Assembly (NCBI GenBank): GCA_965116795.1
Contig: OZ220716.1
Location: 746,503-810,502, forward strand
Direction: 5' to 3'
DNA: 64,000 nt
DNA from: Gammaproteobacteria bacterium
GTDB lineage: Bacteria > Pseudomonadota > Gammaproteobacteria > JAJFKG01
Shown: piece after piece, positions 50,166 through 59,356 of the stretch
Numbering within the stretch: the first letter of the stretch is position 1
Layout of the letters: the number at the start of each line of letters is the position of its first letter
Translations under genes and position numbers: made by a program
The notes under the pieces: generated by a model
Database searches by the model: none
What the model was told of the DNA's origin: nothing
What the model saw: only the letters and a program-made list of their open reading frames with translations

Positions 50166-51326
50166 TTGAGCACTAATTTATCCCCATTATCTCTCTATGT
50201 GCATATCCCATGGTGTATTAAAAAGTGTCCCTACTGTGATTTTAATTCACATGCCAGTCAAGCACGGGACGTTAATACCAATGAAGAAGCGTATGTTGAT
50301 CGATTAATCGATGATATAACCATGCATCTACCGATGTTGGCCACTCGTTTGATTAATACTATTTTTATTGGTGGTGGTACCCCAAGTTTACTATCAGCAA
50401 ATGCCTATGCTCGGTTATTTGATTTTATCAGGCAGCATTGCCATGTCAGTGATACAGTCGAGATTACATTAGAAGCCAATCCAGGTACCGTTGAGCAGCA
50501 ACGTTTTTGTGATTATCGTGCAATAGGAATTAATCGGTTATCGCTTGGGGTACAAAGTTTTTCAGATGAGGCATTAATTGAATTAGGCCGTATACATGAT
50601 GGTGCCGGTGCTAACGCTGCGATTATTAGCGCACAACGTGCTGGCTTTGAGCGGATCAATATCGATATTATGTATGGATTAACAGGACAAACTACGCAAG
50701 CAGCGTTAGCTGATTTACAACGGGCATTACACTATGATGTAGAGCATATTTCATGGTATCAATTGACTATTGAACCCAATACTGTTTTTTATCGTTATCC
50801 CCCTGCATTGCCTGATGTTGATCACATTGTTGCTATTGAAGATGCAGGACAACAGTTACTGGCTGAAGCAGGTTTTACCCGTTATGAGATTTCAGCGTAT
50901 TGTTGCCAATCGGCTTATTGCCAGCATAATTTGAATTATTGGCGTTATGGTGACTATTTAGGTATTGGTGCCGGTGCACACAGTAAGATCACTGATCCGA
51001 TCACTAACGTAATTACTCGTTTTTGCAAGGCAAAGCAACCTACTCACTATTTGAATGCACAAAAGAATATGTTGACTAAACAACAACAAGTGAGTTCAGA
51101 TGAGCTGCCGTTTGAATTTATGCTGAATGTATTACGTTTGTTTAAGCCAACGACATTTACCCATTTCCAACAGTGTACTGGGTTGGCTAATACAACCATC
51201 ATGGCGACGCTCAATGTGGCTAAACAGCGTGGTTGGTTGGATTATGACGATCAACAATTTTGGCCAACAGTCAGTGGATATCGCTATTTGAACGATTTGG
51301 TTGGGTTATTTTTACCTAATGAGTAG
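50166..51326 (+). CDS. hemW: Radical SAM heme chaperone HemW (YggW)
   Basis: LYVHIPWCIKKCPYCDFNSH, GGGTPS, EANP, HN.NYW..GDYLGIGAGAH; start codon uncertain. Confidence 0.93.
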   Translation: MSTNLSPLSLYVHIPWCIKKCPYCDFNSHASQARDVNTNEEAYVDRLIDDITMHLPMLATRLINTIFIGGGTPSLLSANAYARLFDFIRQHCHVSDTVEITLEANPGTVEQQRFCDYRAIGINRLSLGVQSFSDEALIELGRIHDGAGANAAIISAQRAGFERINIDIMYGLTGQTTQAALADLQRALHYDVEHISWYQLTIEPNTVFYRYPPALPDVDHIVAIEDAGQQLLAEAGFTRYEISAYCCQSAYCQHNLNYWRYGDYLGIGAGAHSKITDPITNVITRFCKAKQPTHYLNAQKNMLTKQQQVSSDELPFEFMLNVLRLFKPTTFTHFQQCTGLANTTIMATLNVAKQRGWLDYDDQQFWPTVSGYRYLNDLVGLFLPNE

Positions 51327-51416
51327 TTAATTGCCTATTGCCAACGAGAGACTATATTAGTAATAATATAACCGCTCTATAAATGGATTTAGCTAGTGAT
51401 ACCCGGAGGGTAGAAA

Positions 51417-52520
51417 ATGAGCACAGCGTCGAATGACGTTTTCCCTGAGCTTGATGTCACCAAGCCGTTTGAGATTAATGCGTCTCGGCAATTCACCTCT
51501 TGGATGTTTGAGCAAAAACTCAGCTTTTTGTTTACCACATATCAAACCGGCAAGTTATTTTTAATTGGTTTGCAATCCGATGGACGGTTATCAGTCTTTG
51601 AACGTACATTTAACCGTTGCATGGGTTTGTACACACCGAATAACAATACCATTTACATGAGTTCGCTATACCAATTGTGGCGCTTCGAAAATGCATTAAT
51701 GCCGGGGCAGTTACACGAAGAGTATGACAGATTATACGTTCCACAAATTGCGTATACCACAGGTGATATTGATATCCATGACATTGTTGTTGATAATCAA
51801 GATCGGTTGGTATTTGTTAATTCCTTATTTAGTTGTTTAGCAGTTACTGATGATACTTATAGTTTTACCCCAATTTGGAAGCCACCGTTTATTAGTAAAT
51901 TAGCTGCTGAAGATCGTTGTCATTTAAATGGTGTGACAACCGATGAGGCGGGTGAGATACGTTATGTGACTGCGATTGCTGAAAGTGACGCCAATGAAGG
52001 ATGGCGCGATCACCGCGAACAAGGTGGCATCGTGATTGATGTAAAGAGTAACGAAATTATTGCACGTGGATTATCGATGCCACATTCGCCACGCATTTAC
52101 CGCGATAAATTATGGTTGCTGAATTCAGGAACAGGTTATTTTGGTTTTATTGATCTTAAAAAAGGTAAGTTTGAACCTGTTACATTTTGCCCTGGCTATG
52201 CTCGTGGTTTAAGTTTTCATGGTGATTTTGCATTAATTAGTTTATCGATGCCAAGGCATAATAAAACATTTAGTGGACTTGAATTAGATCAAACATTACA
52301 AGATAAAAAAGTGGCGCCACGTTGTGGTGTGGAAGTTGTTGACTTGCGTAGTGGTGACATTGTGCATTCGTTGCGAGTCGAAGGGATAGTCACTGAATTA
52401 TATGATGTATGTGCTATTGCTGATGTATTTCGTCCAATGGCATTAGGGTTTCAAACGGAAGAAATCCGCCGAATTGTTACGTTAGGTGGTACTCTTGATG
52501 ATGAAGTGGGATCAACATAA
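51417..52520 (+). CDS. TIGR03032 (DUF4915) family protein
   Basis: TTYQ.GKL, TGDIDIHD, VN.LFSCL, EDRCHLNG, GLSMPHSPR, LLNSG.G, ELYDV. Confidence 0.9.
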   Translation: MSTASNDVFPELDVTKPFEINASRQFTSWMFEQKLSFLFTTYQTGKLFLIGLQSDGRLSVFERTFNRCMGLYTPNNNTIYMSSLYQLWRFENALMPGQLHEEYDRLYVPQIAYTTGDIDIHDIVVDNQDRLVFVNSLFSCLAVTDDTYSFTPIWKPPFISKLAAEDRCHLNGVTTDEAGEIRYVTAIAESDANEGWRDHREQGGIVIDVKSNEIIARGLSMPHSPRIYRDKLWLLNSGTGYFGFIDLKKGKFEPVTFCPGYARGLSFHGDFALISLSMPRHNKTFSGLELDQTLQDKKVAPRCGVEVVDLRSGDIVHSLRVEGIVTELYDVCAIADVFRPMALGFQTEEIRRIVTLGGTLDDEVGST

Positions 52521-53968
52521 TGCAGATAACTAATCGCATCATTCACATTATTGTGATAACCCTAATTGGGTTACTATCAGTAGTCAGTTATGCTGATAAT
52601 GCTAAGCAACAGGACGTATCGGTAGTGATCCGTAAAGGACATCCTTATGATGTGACTAATCGTAAAACAACACGACCTGTTAATAATAAGCCTAAACAAG
52701 CAGTTGCTACTGATTCATTATTAGCTTGGGAAAAGAATCGTGCTGATTTGACCAAGGTGCTTGTCTTTGCATTGCGTAATCATCCTAGTGCATTAGCTGC
52801 AGATAGTCGAATACGTGTTGCTGAACATGAATTGCGTAATACTCAAAGTGGTTTTTTGCCTAAGTTAGATGCTGAATATGCGTATGGGCCTGAGCGTTCC
52901 AATAACCCTACTACACGTGCAGCTGGTGACGGTAGAGTTAAATTAATGCGTCAAGAAAGAAAGTTACGTATTCAACAGTTACTCTATGATGGAGGTAAAG
53001 TGTGGAATCGTGTTAAGCGTGATAAGGCTGGTGTGCAGGCTACTAAACTTAAAGCTAGAAGTACCCGTGAATCAGTGGGTTTACGCGTAGTGGATGCATA
53101 CTTGAATGTGTTGCGTTTTCGTGCGAATTTAAATATTGCTGCACAAGATGTACGTACCCATCGAGATAATCTGAGAAAGATAGAGTTACGCTTAAAAGGC
53201 GGTGCTGGTCGTAAGTCAGAATTGGCTTTATCAAGGGCACGGATCAGTGAGGCACAAGCGCGTTATGAGTTAGTACAAACTAGGAACCAAGCAGCGAATA
53301 ATGTATTTATTCAGCAGGTTGGCAAAGCGCCACCACAATATTTAGCTAAATCTACGGTATTGCCCAGTCAGTTACCACAGGGCTTAACTACTGCGAAGGT
53401 GATTGCTTTGAAAAACAGTCCAGTTATTGCTGCTGCACAAGCTGAAGTGACTGTAGCAGGCAATAATGTTGCGGCGATGCGAGCAAATTATTTACCTAAT
53501 GTGAATTTGGATTTGGAATTGTCGCGTAATAATGAACTTGATGGTGTGCGTGGTGCTAACAAAGAAGAAATGGCGTTAGTCAGGGTAAATTATAATTTGT
53601 ATAATGGTGGTGCTGATCACGCTAGTGTTAAGAAAGCCATTGAAGAACGTAATGAAGCCTTGCAAGAGCTGGCTGAAGTACGTCGTGATGTTGAAGAGCG
53701 CATTGCGACTGCATGGACAGACATGAAAACTAATTATCTACGTTACCGTGAATTACAAAATAATGTTGCTGATGCACAAGTCGTTGTTAAAAGTTATCAA
53801 CAAGAATTCAGTTTAGGTCAGCGTAGTTTATTGAATGTATTAGATGCAGAAAATGAATATTTTCGTGCGCGTACTAATTTAGTTGATGCCAATTTTGTAT
53901 ACTTGCTTAGCCAGTACCGTGTATTAGAAGCTATGGGTATGCTAACTACTACTGTGCTAACAGGCTAG
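52520..53968 (+). CDS. TolC-family type I secretion outer membrane protein (LapE/AggA-like)
   Basis: Signal peptide, Q.LYDG, YNLYNGGAD, Y..EF.LG.RSLL.VLDAENE; TAATG overlap with the upstream gene. Confidence 0.88.
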   Translation: MQITNRIIHIIVITLIGLLSVVSYADNAKQQDVSVVIRKGHPYDVTNRKTTRPVNNKPKQAVATDSLLAWEKNRADLTKVLVFALRNHPSALAADSRIRVAEHELRNTQSGFLPKLDAEYAYGPERSNNPTTRAAGDGRVKLMRQERKLRIQQLLYDGGKVWNRVKRDKAGVQATKLKARSTRESVGLRVVDAYLNVLRFRANLNIAAQDVRTHRDNLRKIELRLKGGAGRKSELALSRARISEAQARYELVQTRNQAANNVFIQQVGKAPPQYLAKSTVLPSQLPQGLTTAKVIALKNSPVIAAAQAEVTVAGNNVAAMRANYLPNVNLDLELSRNNELDGVRGANKEEMALVRVNYNLYNGGADHASVKKAIEERNEALQELAEVRRDVEERIATAWTDMKTNYLRYRELQNNVADAQVVVKSYQQEFSLGQRSLLNVLDAENEYFRARTNLVDANFVYLLSQYRVLEAMGMLTTTVLTG

Positions 53969-53970
53969 TT

Positions 53971-54000
53971 ATCCACCCAAAGCTGACGTTTTTTAGTAAA
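53971..54000 (-). repeat. Family B end fragment
   Basis: Reverse complement TTTACTAAAAAACGTCAGCTTTGGGTGGAT matches 14044-14071. Confidence 0.7.
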
Positions 54001-54022
54001 ATGAGCAGTGATTAACTGGGAA

Positions 54023-54640
54023 TTATGTCAAGTTAGTAAAGAAAGAGAATTGTGCTAAATGCACAAACACATTTGGTGCTGCGTAAGCAGCAGCCACACC
54101 GCTGATTAATCCAAATAAATGACTTTCCCACGATGACGTTGGTTTGTTAGGAAAAATGTTGAGTAACATGCTGCTAAAATAGTATAAGCATACTAAGGCC
54201 AATATGATTGCTAACATCGAATGTTGGTAGTATGCGTTAACTAGCAAATAACTCCAATAACCCATAATGATACCACTGGCACCTATATGATACGCTTTGC
54301 GTGCAAATAACCATGTTAGTAATCCGCACACTAGCATGATGGTTAAGGTCACACTAATGAAAATGCCCCAACCATTAATTAACACAAAGTTGGCTAATAT
54401 GAATAATGGGATTGAATTTAAAAATAAATGACTATAGCTGCCGTGTAACCATGGGGAAAATATGATGCCTAATGAGCCTTTAACCTGGCGTGGGTAAATT
54501 CCAAGATGATTTAATTTATAACCCGAGACTGCATTGATAATTTGGATCCCCCATAAAATAGCAAGTGTTATTAACAATGCGGGAATGTTGTTTTTAAAAC
54601 TGTTAACAAAGTAGATCGCTGTGTTTGCAAGTGCATTCAT
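54023..54640 (-). CDS. Rhomboid family intramembrane serine protease
   Basis: GI.PR, P.LH....HL..N, HIGASG (Ser), SW..HL.G (His). Confidence 0.92.
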   Translation of the reverse strand: MNALANTAIYFVNSFKNNIPALLITLAILWGIQIINAVSGYKLNHLGIYPRQVKGSLGIIFSPWLHGSYSHLFLNSIPLFILANFVLINGWGIFISVTLTIMLVCGLLTWLFARKAYHIGASGIIMGYWSYLLVNAYYQHSMLAIILALVCLYYFSSMLLNIFPNKPTSSWESHLFGLISGVAAAYAAPNVFVHLAQFSFFTNLT

Positions 54641-54735
54641 GTTATGTTACTTAATTCTCTAAAGTCTAACTTATAAAATATGGCGGTGAATTATAGGAAG
54701 TTACTTACTATACGTCAATTCCGATTATTATGTTT

Positions 54736-56133
54736 CTATGGACTAAACACAATACCAAGATCATCTAGAAAACTGAGTAGAGGTTGCATTGGTTGCTTGA
54801 CTTTGTCACGTCCAAAGACATTGAGATAGCAGTGTAAAATATAATCGTACTCAGGTAGTGTAATAATATGAGCAATGCGTTCACAAAATGAAAGCCATTG
54901 TGGATGTCGATATAATTGTTGTTGGAATAAGATTGCCATTAAAATTGCGGCCTTGCTGGCTTTACGTGCTGGATTAGCACGATCAAAGCTGTCGATGCAA
55001 AAATGTAAAGCACGTTGTTGATCCCATAATTCCCATTGGTGTAATACACTAATCGCCGCTTTTTTACACTCATAAATCGCTGATTGTGTTCTAGCTTGTG
55101 TTTCCTCAAGTAAGTTTAAATATAAAATAGCTGGGATCACCGCTTCGATATTTGCCCATGCACAATTTCCGGAGAGTTGTACCGGTAATTCTAAATAATC
55201 AATTGGCTTTAAACCAATGAGTTTAGCAAGGTCGTTATCGATAAACTGATGTGACTGACGTTTGTATAACAGATTTTTCATAAAGTGCTTATTGAATTTA
55301 TCAGGCATATCAATGCGATAAATAATTACAGTACCATTGGCTTGGCCGAAAGTGCCACGATCACAACGGATCAGATAATTACGCAGTTTAACTAAACTGA
55401 TCGCATGACCGTCGTAGACAATTGGTAATAATAATGGTGAATGATCTAATAGTGCATTAATTCTGTCATTGTGATTTACAATATCCACTAAGTACTGTTG
55501 ATATTTGATTAACTCAACGGCATTACGCAGTAATTTTGCGATTGTGCCGATGCGATGGAAGTGTTCACGTAAGTGTTTCGCACTAAAGTTGGTTTGAAAA
55601 TCTAATAATGATTGTAATGCTAATGATAATGTAAATTCTGAGTAAAATCCCTCGAATTCGACTTCAATAAATGTATTATCAGGACTGACGATGTCAACAC
55701 GACCCTGCAAATCAAAGCGATGGCCTAGTGTTTTTGCGTTGATAAAGTCTCTAGCAAATTCAAGATCTGCTCCTGCTTGATAGAGCAATTCTTTCATTTG
55801 CGTATGATGACGTAAAAACGGCATCGCTAGCGCAGGTTGTCCGGCACTGGTATACACATTTGGATCAGCTTTTTTTGCTAATAATTGTTTGGCAATATCA
55901 AGATTGTTATTATCAGTTGCCCAATGCAATGCGCTACGTCCAGTCAAATCAGTAAAATTGACATCAGCGTCTTCATCAATGAGCAATTGACATTTTTTCG
56001 GATCATTAACAATTGCAGTTTGGATAAGCGGGGTATAACCGTATACATCGATTTCTTCTAATGTTGGTTTTTGTGTTAATTCATCTGCAACTGCTTGTGC
56101 TGTTCCGTAAATAATAGTTTTTGATAACGACAT
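54736..56133 (-). CDS. ankH: AnkH/LegA3-like Dot/Icm effector (ankyrin repeats + cysteine-protease-like domain)
   Basis: ID.YG.TPLI, D.TGR.ALHWA.DNN, K.LGHRF.L.G.VDIV, GHA, CDRG, SGNC.WAN match Legionella AnkH as recalled. Confidence 0.85.
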   Translation of the reverse strand: MSLSKTIIYGTAQAVADELTQKPTLEEIDVYGYTPLIQTAIVNDPKKCQLLIDEDADVNFTDLTGRSALHWATDNNNLDIAKQLLAKKADPNVYTSAGQPALAMPFLRHHTQMKELLYQAGADLEFARDFINAKTLGHRFDLQGRVDIVSPDNTFIEVEFEGFYSEFTLSLALQSLLDFQTNFSAKHLREHFHRIGTIAKLLRNAVELIKYQQYLVDIVNHNDRINALLDHSPLLLPIVYDGHAISLVKLRNYLIRCDRGTFGQANGTVIIYRIDMPDKFNKHFMKNLLYKRQSHQFIDNDLAKLIGLKPIDYLELPVQLSGNCAWANIEAVIPAILYLNLLEETQARTQSAIYECKKAAISVLHQWELWDQQRALHFCIDSFDRANPARKASKAAILMAILFQQQLYRHPQWLSFCERIAHIITLPEYDYILHCYLNVFGRDKVKQPMQPLLSFLDDLGIVFSP

Positions 56134-56145
56134 ATACGGTAACCC

Positions 56146-56511
56146 TTATCGTGGTTTAGGAGTGGCAATATGACTTTGCTGCAATGCAGCTTGCAACTGT
56201 GGCTTTTGTTTTAATTGCAAGCTTAAATCGTGTTCGCCACGTTCAGCAGCCGCGTCGACCATTTCATCTTGGTTGTGATTGCTGACAATAGCCGTGAGAT
56301 CTGAAGAGGCGCCATCAGGTTGATCAACTAGCAATGGGTGTTGTTCAAACGGCGATGGCAAACCACGTCCGCTGGAACCACCTTCATCATCGTCTTCGCG
56401 GTAGGGCTTACGCATCAACACGCGACCGAATTGGCCGTGACCATCTTTACGGCGTGCTAATAATTCACTTAATAAGCGTTTTTGTGCAGTTGAGATCGAA
56501 TAATATGACAT
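56146..56511 (-). CDS. Hypothetical protein, co-oriented 12 bp upstream of ankH
   Basis: 121-aa ORF with basic N-terminus, EDDDEGG acidic patch, HPLL motif, Gln-rich tail ending TPKPR. Confidence 0.75.
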   Translation of the reverse strand: MSYYSISTAQKRLLSELLARRKDGHGQFGRVLMRKPYREDDDEGGSSGRGLPSPFEQHPLLVDQPDGASSDLTAIVSNHNQDEMVDAAAERGEHDLSLQLKQKPQLQAALQQSHIATPKPR

Positions 56512-56594
56512 AATATTGAATAATATTGCTTTGGCTTGTTTGATTCTAGCATAGGTTGGTTGTTGAACTTAAGCTGTTTGTCTGGTGAGTTAAA

Positions 56595-56617
56595 GTAGCG
56601 GTCAGCTGAGCAGTGAC
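56595..56617 (+). repeat. Family E 23-bp repeat (diverged)
   Basis: GTAGCGGTCAGCTGAGCAGTGAC. Confidence 0.45.
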
Positions 56618-56634
56618 AATTTATATTTGACATC

Positions 56635-56730
56635 GCTATTATCTGCGGGTCCTGTCGCTTGCGCCATCCCAGTGTACTCGCAAGCTGCGTGCACTGGGGT
56701 CTCCCCGCTCCCGCGGCCACCCGTAGTAGC
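56635..56730. other. GC-rich long hairpin (RPE-like element or structured RNA)
   Basis: GCTATTA/TAGTAGC and CGGGT/ACCCG outer arms, CCCAGTGTAC/GTGCACTGGG inner stem; much more GC-rich than its flanks. Confidence 0.65.
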
Positions 56731-56900
56731 CTCTTCTATCAATAATTGTGGTATTAATTATTGACTTTGAGAGGAGTGTATTAGTAGTCGTCTAGCTATG
56801 AGTTCTTATTTTTCTCCGATAAATTTACAGCATACTTATATATGACTAGTATAAGACATCAGTTATACTGACTAATAGAAATAGTGTAGAGCCAACTATT

Positions 56901-58010
56901 ATGCAGCAAAATTTAATTAACTTAGGCGTGTTTTTTGGCGGAAAGTCACAAGAACATGAAATTTCCTTGATTTCAGCGCGTGATGTGATGAGTCATTTAG
57001 ATCAATCACGTTACCGTATTATTCCGATTGGTATTGATAGACAAGGTGGTTGGTGGTGGCAACAAGATATTAATTGTCTGCAACATATTACCCAACCACA
57101 ATCTGTTGACTTGAATAAAAACGCGCGCGCGATTGCGTTGATCCCAGGTGAACAAGGTAAATTAATCACGTTAGATGCTAATCATGAAGTAGTACATTTA
57201 GATGTTGCATTTCCAGTGTTACATGGTCCTTATGGTGAAGATGGTATTATCCAAGGCATGTTAACGGGTGCTAACATTCCCTGTGTTGGTGCAGATGTAT
57301 TAAGTTCATCTATTTGTATGAACAAGTATATTTTTAAATGTTTATTACGTGCAGCTGATTTGCCGTGTGCTGAATTTTGTGGGCTAAAGCAGCACCAATA
57401 TACAGATGATGATGCACAGTTACGTGCAATTTTCGATAAATTAGGTTCTCCTTGTTTTGTTAAACCTGTAGATTTAGGTTCATCCATTGCCATTCACAAA
57501 GTGGATACTATCAATGAATTAAGACAGGCAATTATTGATGGTTTTCAATATACCCAACAGTTAATTTTTGAAGCCTATACCCCTGGGCGTGAAATCGAAT
57601 GCGCGGTAATGGGTAATGAACAACCTAAAGCTGCATTACCAGCAGAAATCCATGTGCAGCATGATTTTTATTCTTATGCAGCAAAGTATTTAGATAACAA
57701 TGGTGCTACATTTACTGTCCCTGCTGATTTACCAACACCTGTACAACAGCGTATTCAAACGTTGGCTATTGATGTATATCAGTTAGTTAATTGTACTGGA
57801 TTGGCACGAGTTGATTTTTTTATTTTGGCTAATGATCAAATTGTCATTAACGAAATTAATACTATCCCAGGATTTACTCCAATTAGTTTATTTCCTCAAA
57901 TGTGGGCACACAATGGATTGCCTTTTGCTAACTTACTTGATGAATTAATTGATTTAGCATTAGCAAGTGCGGAGAAACAGCGTAGTTTGAGCGTAGTCTA
58001 TAAATTGTAA
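56901..58010 (+). CDS. ddl: D-alanine--D-alanine ligase (DdlA type)
   Basis: GG.S.EHEISL.SA, FPVLHG..GEDG, VKP..LGSS, Y.AKY, RVDFF, NEINTIPGFT..S. Confidence 0.95.
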   Translation: MQQNLINLGVFFGGKSQEHEISLISARDVMSHLDQSRYRIIPIGIDRQGGWWWQQDINCLQHITQPQSVDLNKNARAIALIPGEQGKLITLDANHEVVHLDVAFPVLHGPYGEDGIIQGMLTGANIPCVGADVLSSSICMNKYIFKCLLRAADLPCAEFCGLKQHQYTDDDAQLRAIFDKLGSPCFVKPVDLGSSIAIHKVDTINELRQAIIDGFQYTQQLIFEAYTPGREIECAVMGNEQPKAALPAEIHVQHDFYSYAAKYLDNNGATFTVPADLPTPVQQRIQTLAIDVYQLVNCTGLARVDFFILANDQIVINEINTIPGFTPISLFPQMWAHNGLPFANLLDELIDLALASAEKQRSLSVVYKL

Positions 58011-58073
58011 CTAACCGTTATCCAGCAGTTTAACCTTATAGGACTCCAAACAATTAACGTAACTATCCTGTTC

Positions 58074-58100
58074 CCCTGCGGCTTGACCGCGGGATGACGG
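58074..58100 (-). repeat. Single CGTC-type REP
   Basis: CCCTGCGGCTTGACCGCGGGATGACGG resembles the units at 44520-44640. Confidence 0.75.
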
Positions 58101-58170
58101 ACTTCAGAGGAGAAAGATAATTAAAAATTAATTTTTTCAGTAGCCTTTCATAGATATTTATAGCTAAATA

Positions 58171-58779
58171 CTAAACATGCCTACGTCGTTGATGTACAGT
58201 ATTTGCTGATTGCAATGCTAACCGTAGCGATTTGTAATTAGGAGGTCGGTTTAATTCATTGGCAAATTGTTGGTAAACTAATCGCCCTTCGGAATCTAAC
58301 ACAAATATAGCTCGTGTATTAAGATTAGCTAACTTACTGTCAACAATACGCGTCCCGTAAATCATATCAAATTGCGGTGTGCGAAAGTTACTAACCAAAT
58401 TAAGATGATTAACATTATGATGTCTAACAAAATTAGCTAATTGAAAAGGTGATACGTTTGCAACAACAGTAAATTGGATATGTGGTAGCTTGCGTGCTAA
58501 CCGATCTAAACGTTTAATTTCAGCTTGGCAAACAGGCGTGTCTAGTGAAATAACTGTTGCAATTACTTGAGACTTATTAGATATCCCGCCAACACGCATA
58601 TTGTTTAAATCTGCATTTACGAGATCAACAGTTGGTACTGTTTGGCCAAGTTGAATCGTACCTTGATTTAAATTAAGTGGTTTTCCAGAAAAAGTAACTG
58701 TTTGTGTAGCAGTTGCTAATTGACAATTAAATAATATACCAATAAAACTGATAACCAAATGCCACTTGACGTGCTTCAT
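58171..58779 (-). CDS. Thiol peroxidase (Tpx)-like redoxin with signal peptide
   Basis: VTF.G.P, SLDTPVC, R.IFV.D..G...Y, E....PNY; N-terminal hydrophobic signal; GGGAGA RBS before ATG 58779. Confidence 0.82.
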   Translation of the reverse strand: MKHVKWHLVISFIGILFNCQLATATQTVTFSGKPLNLNQGTIQLGQTVPTVDLVNADLNNMRVGGISNKSQVIATVISLDTPVCQAEIKRLDRLARKLPHIQFTVVANVSPFQLANFVRHHNVNHLNLVSNFRTPQFDMIYGTRIVDSKLANLNTRAIFVLDSEGRLVYQQFANELNRPPNYKSLRLALQSANTVHQRRRHV

Positions 58780-58923
58780 GCCAGTGTCTCCCTTCTGTGT
58801 GCTTCCATTAACTACAGCCGTCTTGGCTACAAAAATTAAGTAAGCAGTATATATCAAATCATCAATGAAACAAATTAGTGCCATTTGCAATGTTAGCTAA
58901 ATAGTAGTGTTTTAGCCGATGAA

Positions 58924-58953
58924 TTGACATGCTCTTAATAAGTCAGATATAGT
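58924..58953 (+). promoter_or_regulatory. Putative sigma70 promoter
   Basis: TTGACA-N18-TATAGT. Confidence 0.45.
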
Positions 58954-59087
58954 CGCAATTCATTATTACTGTAAGTGTAAAAGCTTAGATTTGTTAACTT
59001 TCAACTCCAACCAAAGGGGCAATGCTAGGTGAAAAATACACAAAAAATAGAAATCCTATCCATGCTGCAAGATGGTGTTTAACTGAA

Positions 59088-59343
59088 TATACTCAAAGCG
59101 TTTTGAATGTAGGCGAGGCGTAGTCTTTGAGACTTAAATTTAACATGATGTTCAATCCTCGAGGACGTGCTTTTTACAGTAATAGCCTAATTAGTTGATT
59201 ATTCAGATCCCAGATAGCCGTTCCACGGCTTCTGGGATAACGCCTCAACGCCTAGAGGTTCTATTGAGTTGATTTTGAGAGTAACTTTATTTAGCTTTAG
59301 ATAAAGTCGAACATGGCGTTAAATTTAAAATGCGAAGAGTATA
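59088..59343 (+). repeat. Expanded family A element with unrelated interior and nested REP-like hairpin
   Basis: Family A left end TATACTCAAAGCGTTTTGAATGTAGGCGAGGCG and right end AAATTTAAAATGCGAAGAGTATA; internal GATCCCAGATAGCCG-TTCCA-CGGCTTCTGGGAT. Confidence 0.8.
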
Positions 59344-59356
59344 GTGGTATTAAGCA

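Noticed and set aside
56635-56730. SRP (4.5S) RNA, 6S RNA or tRNA-Sec
   Set aside because: No CAGG..GGAA..AGCA SRP motif on either strand, too short for 6S, and no tRNA arms
59022-59123. 33-aa ORF after an AAAGGGG stretch
   Set aside because: Runs into the family A repeat and has no other support
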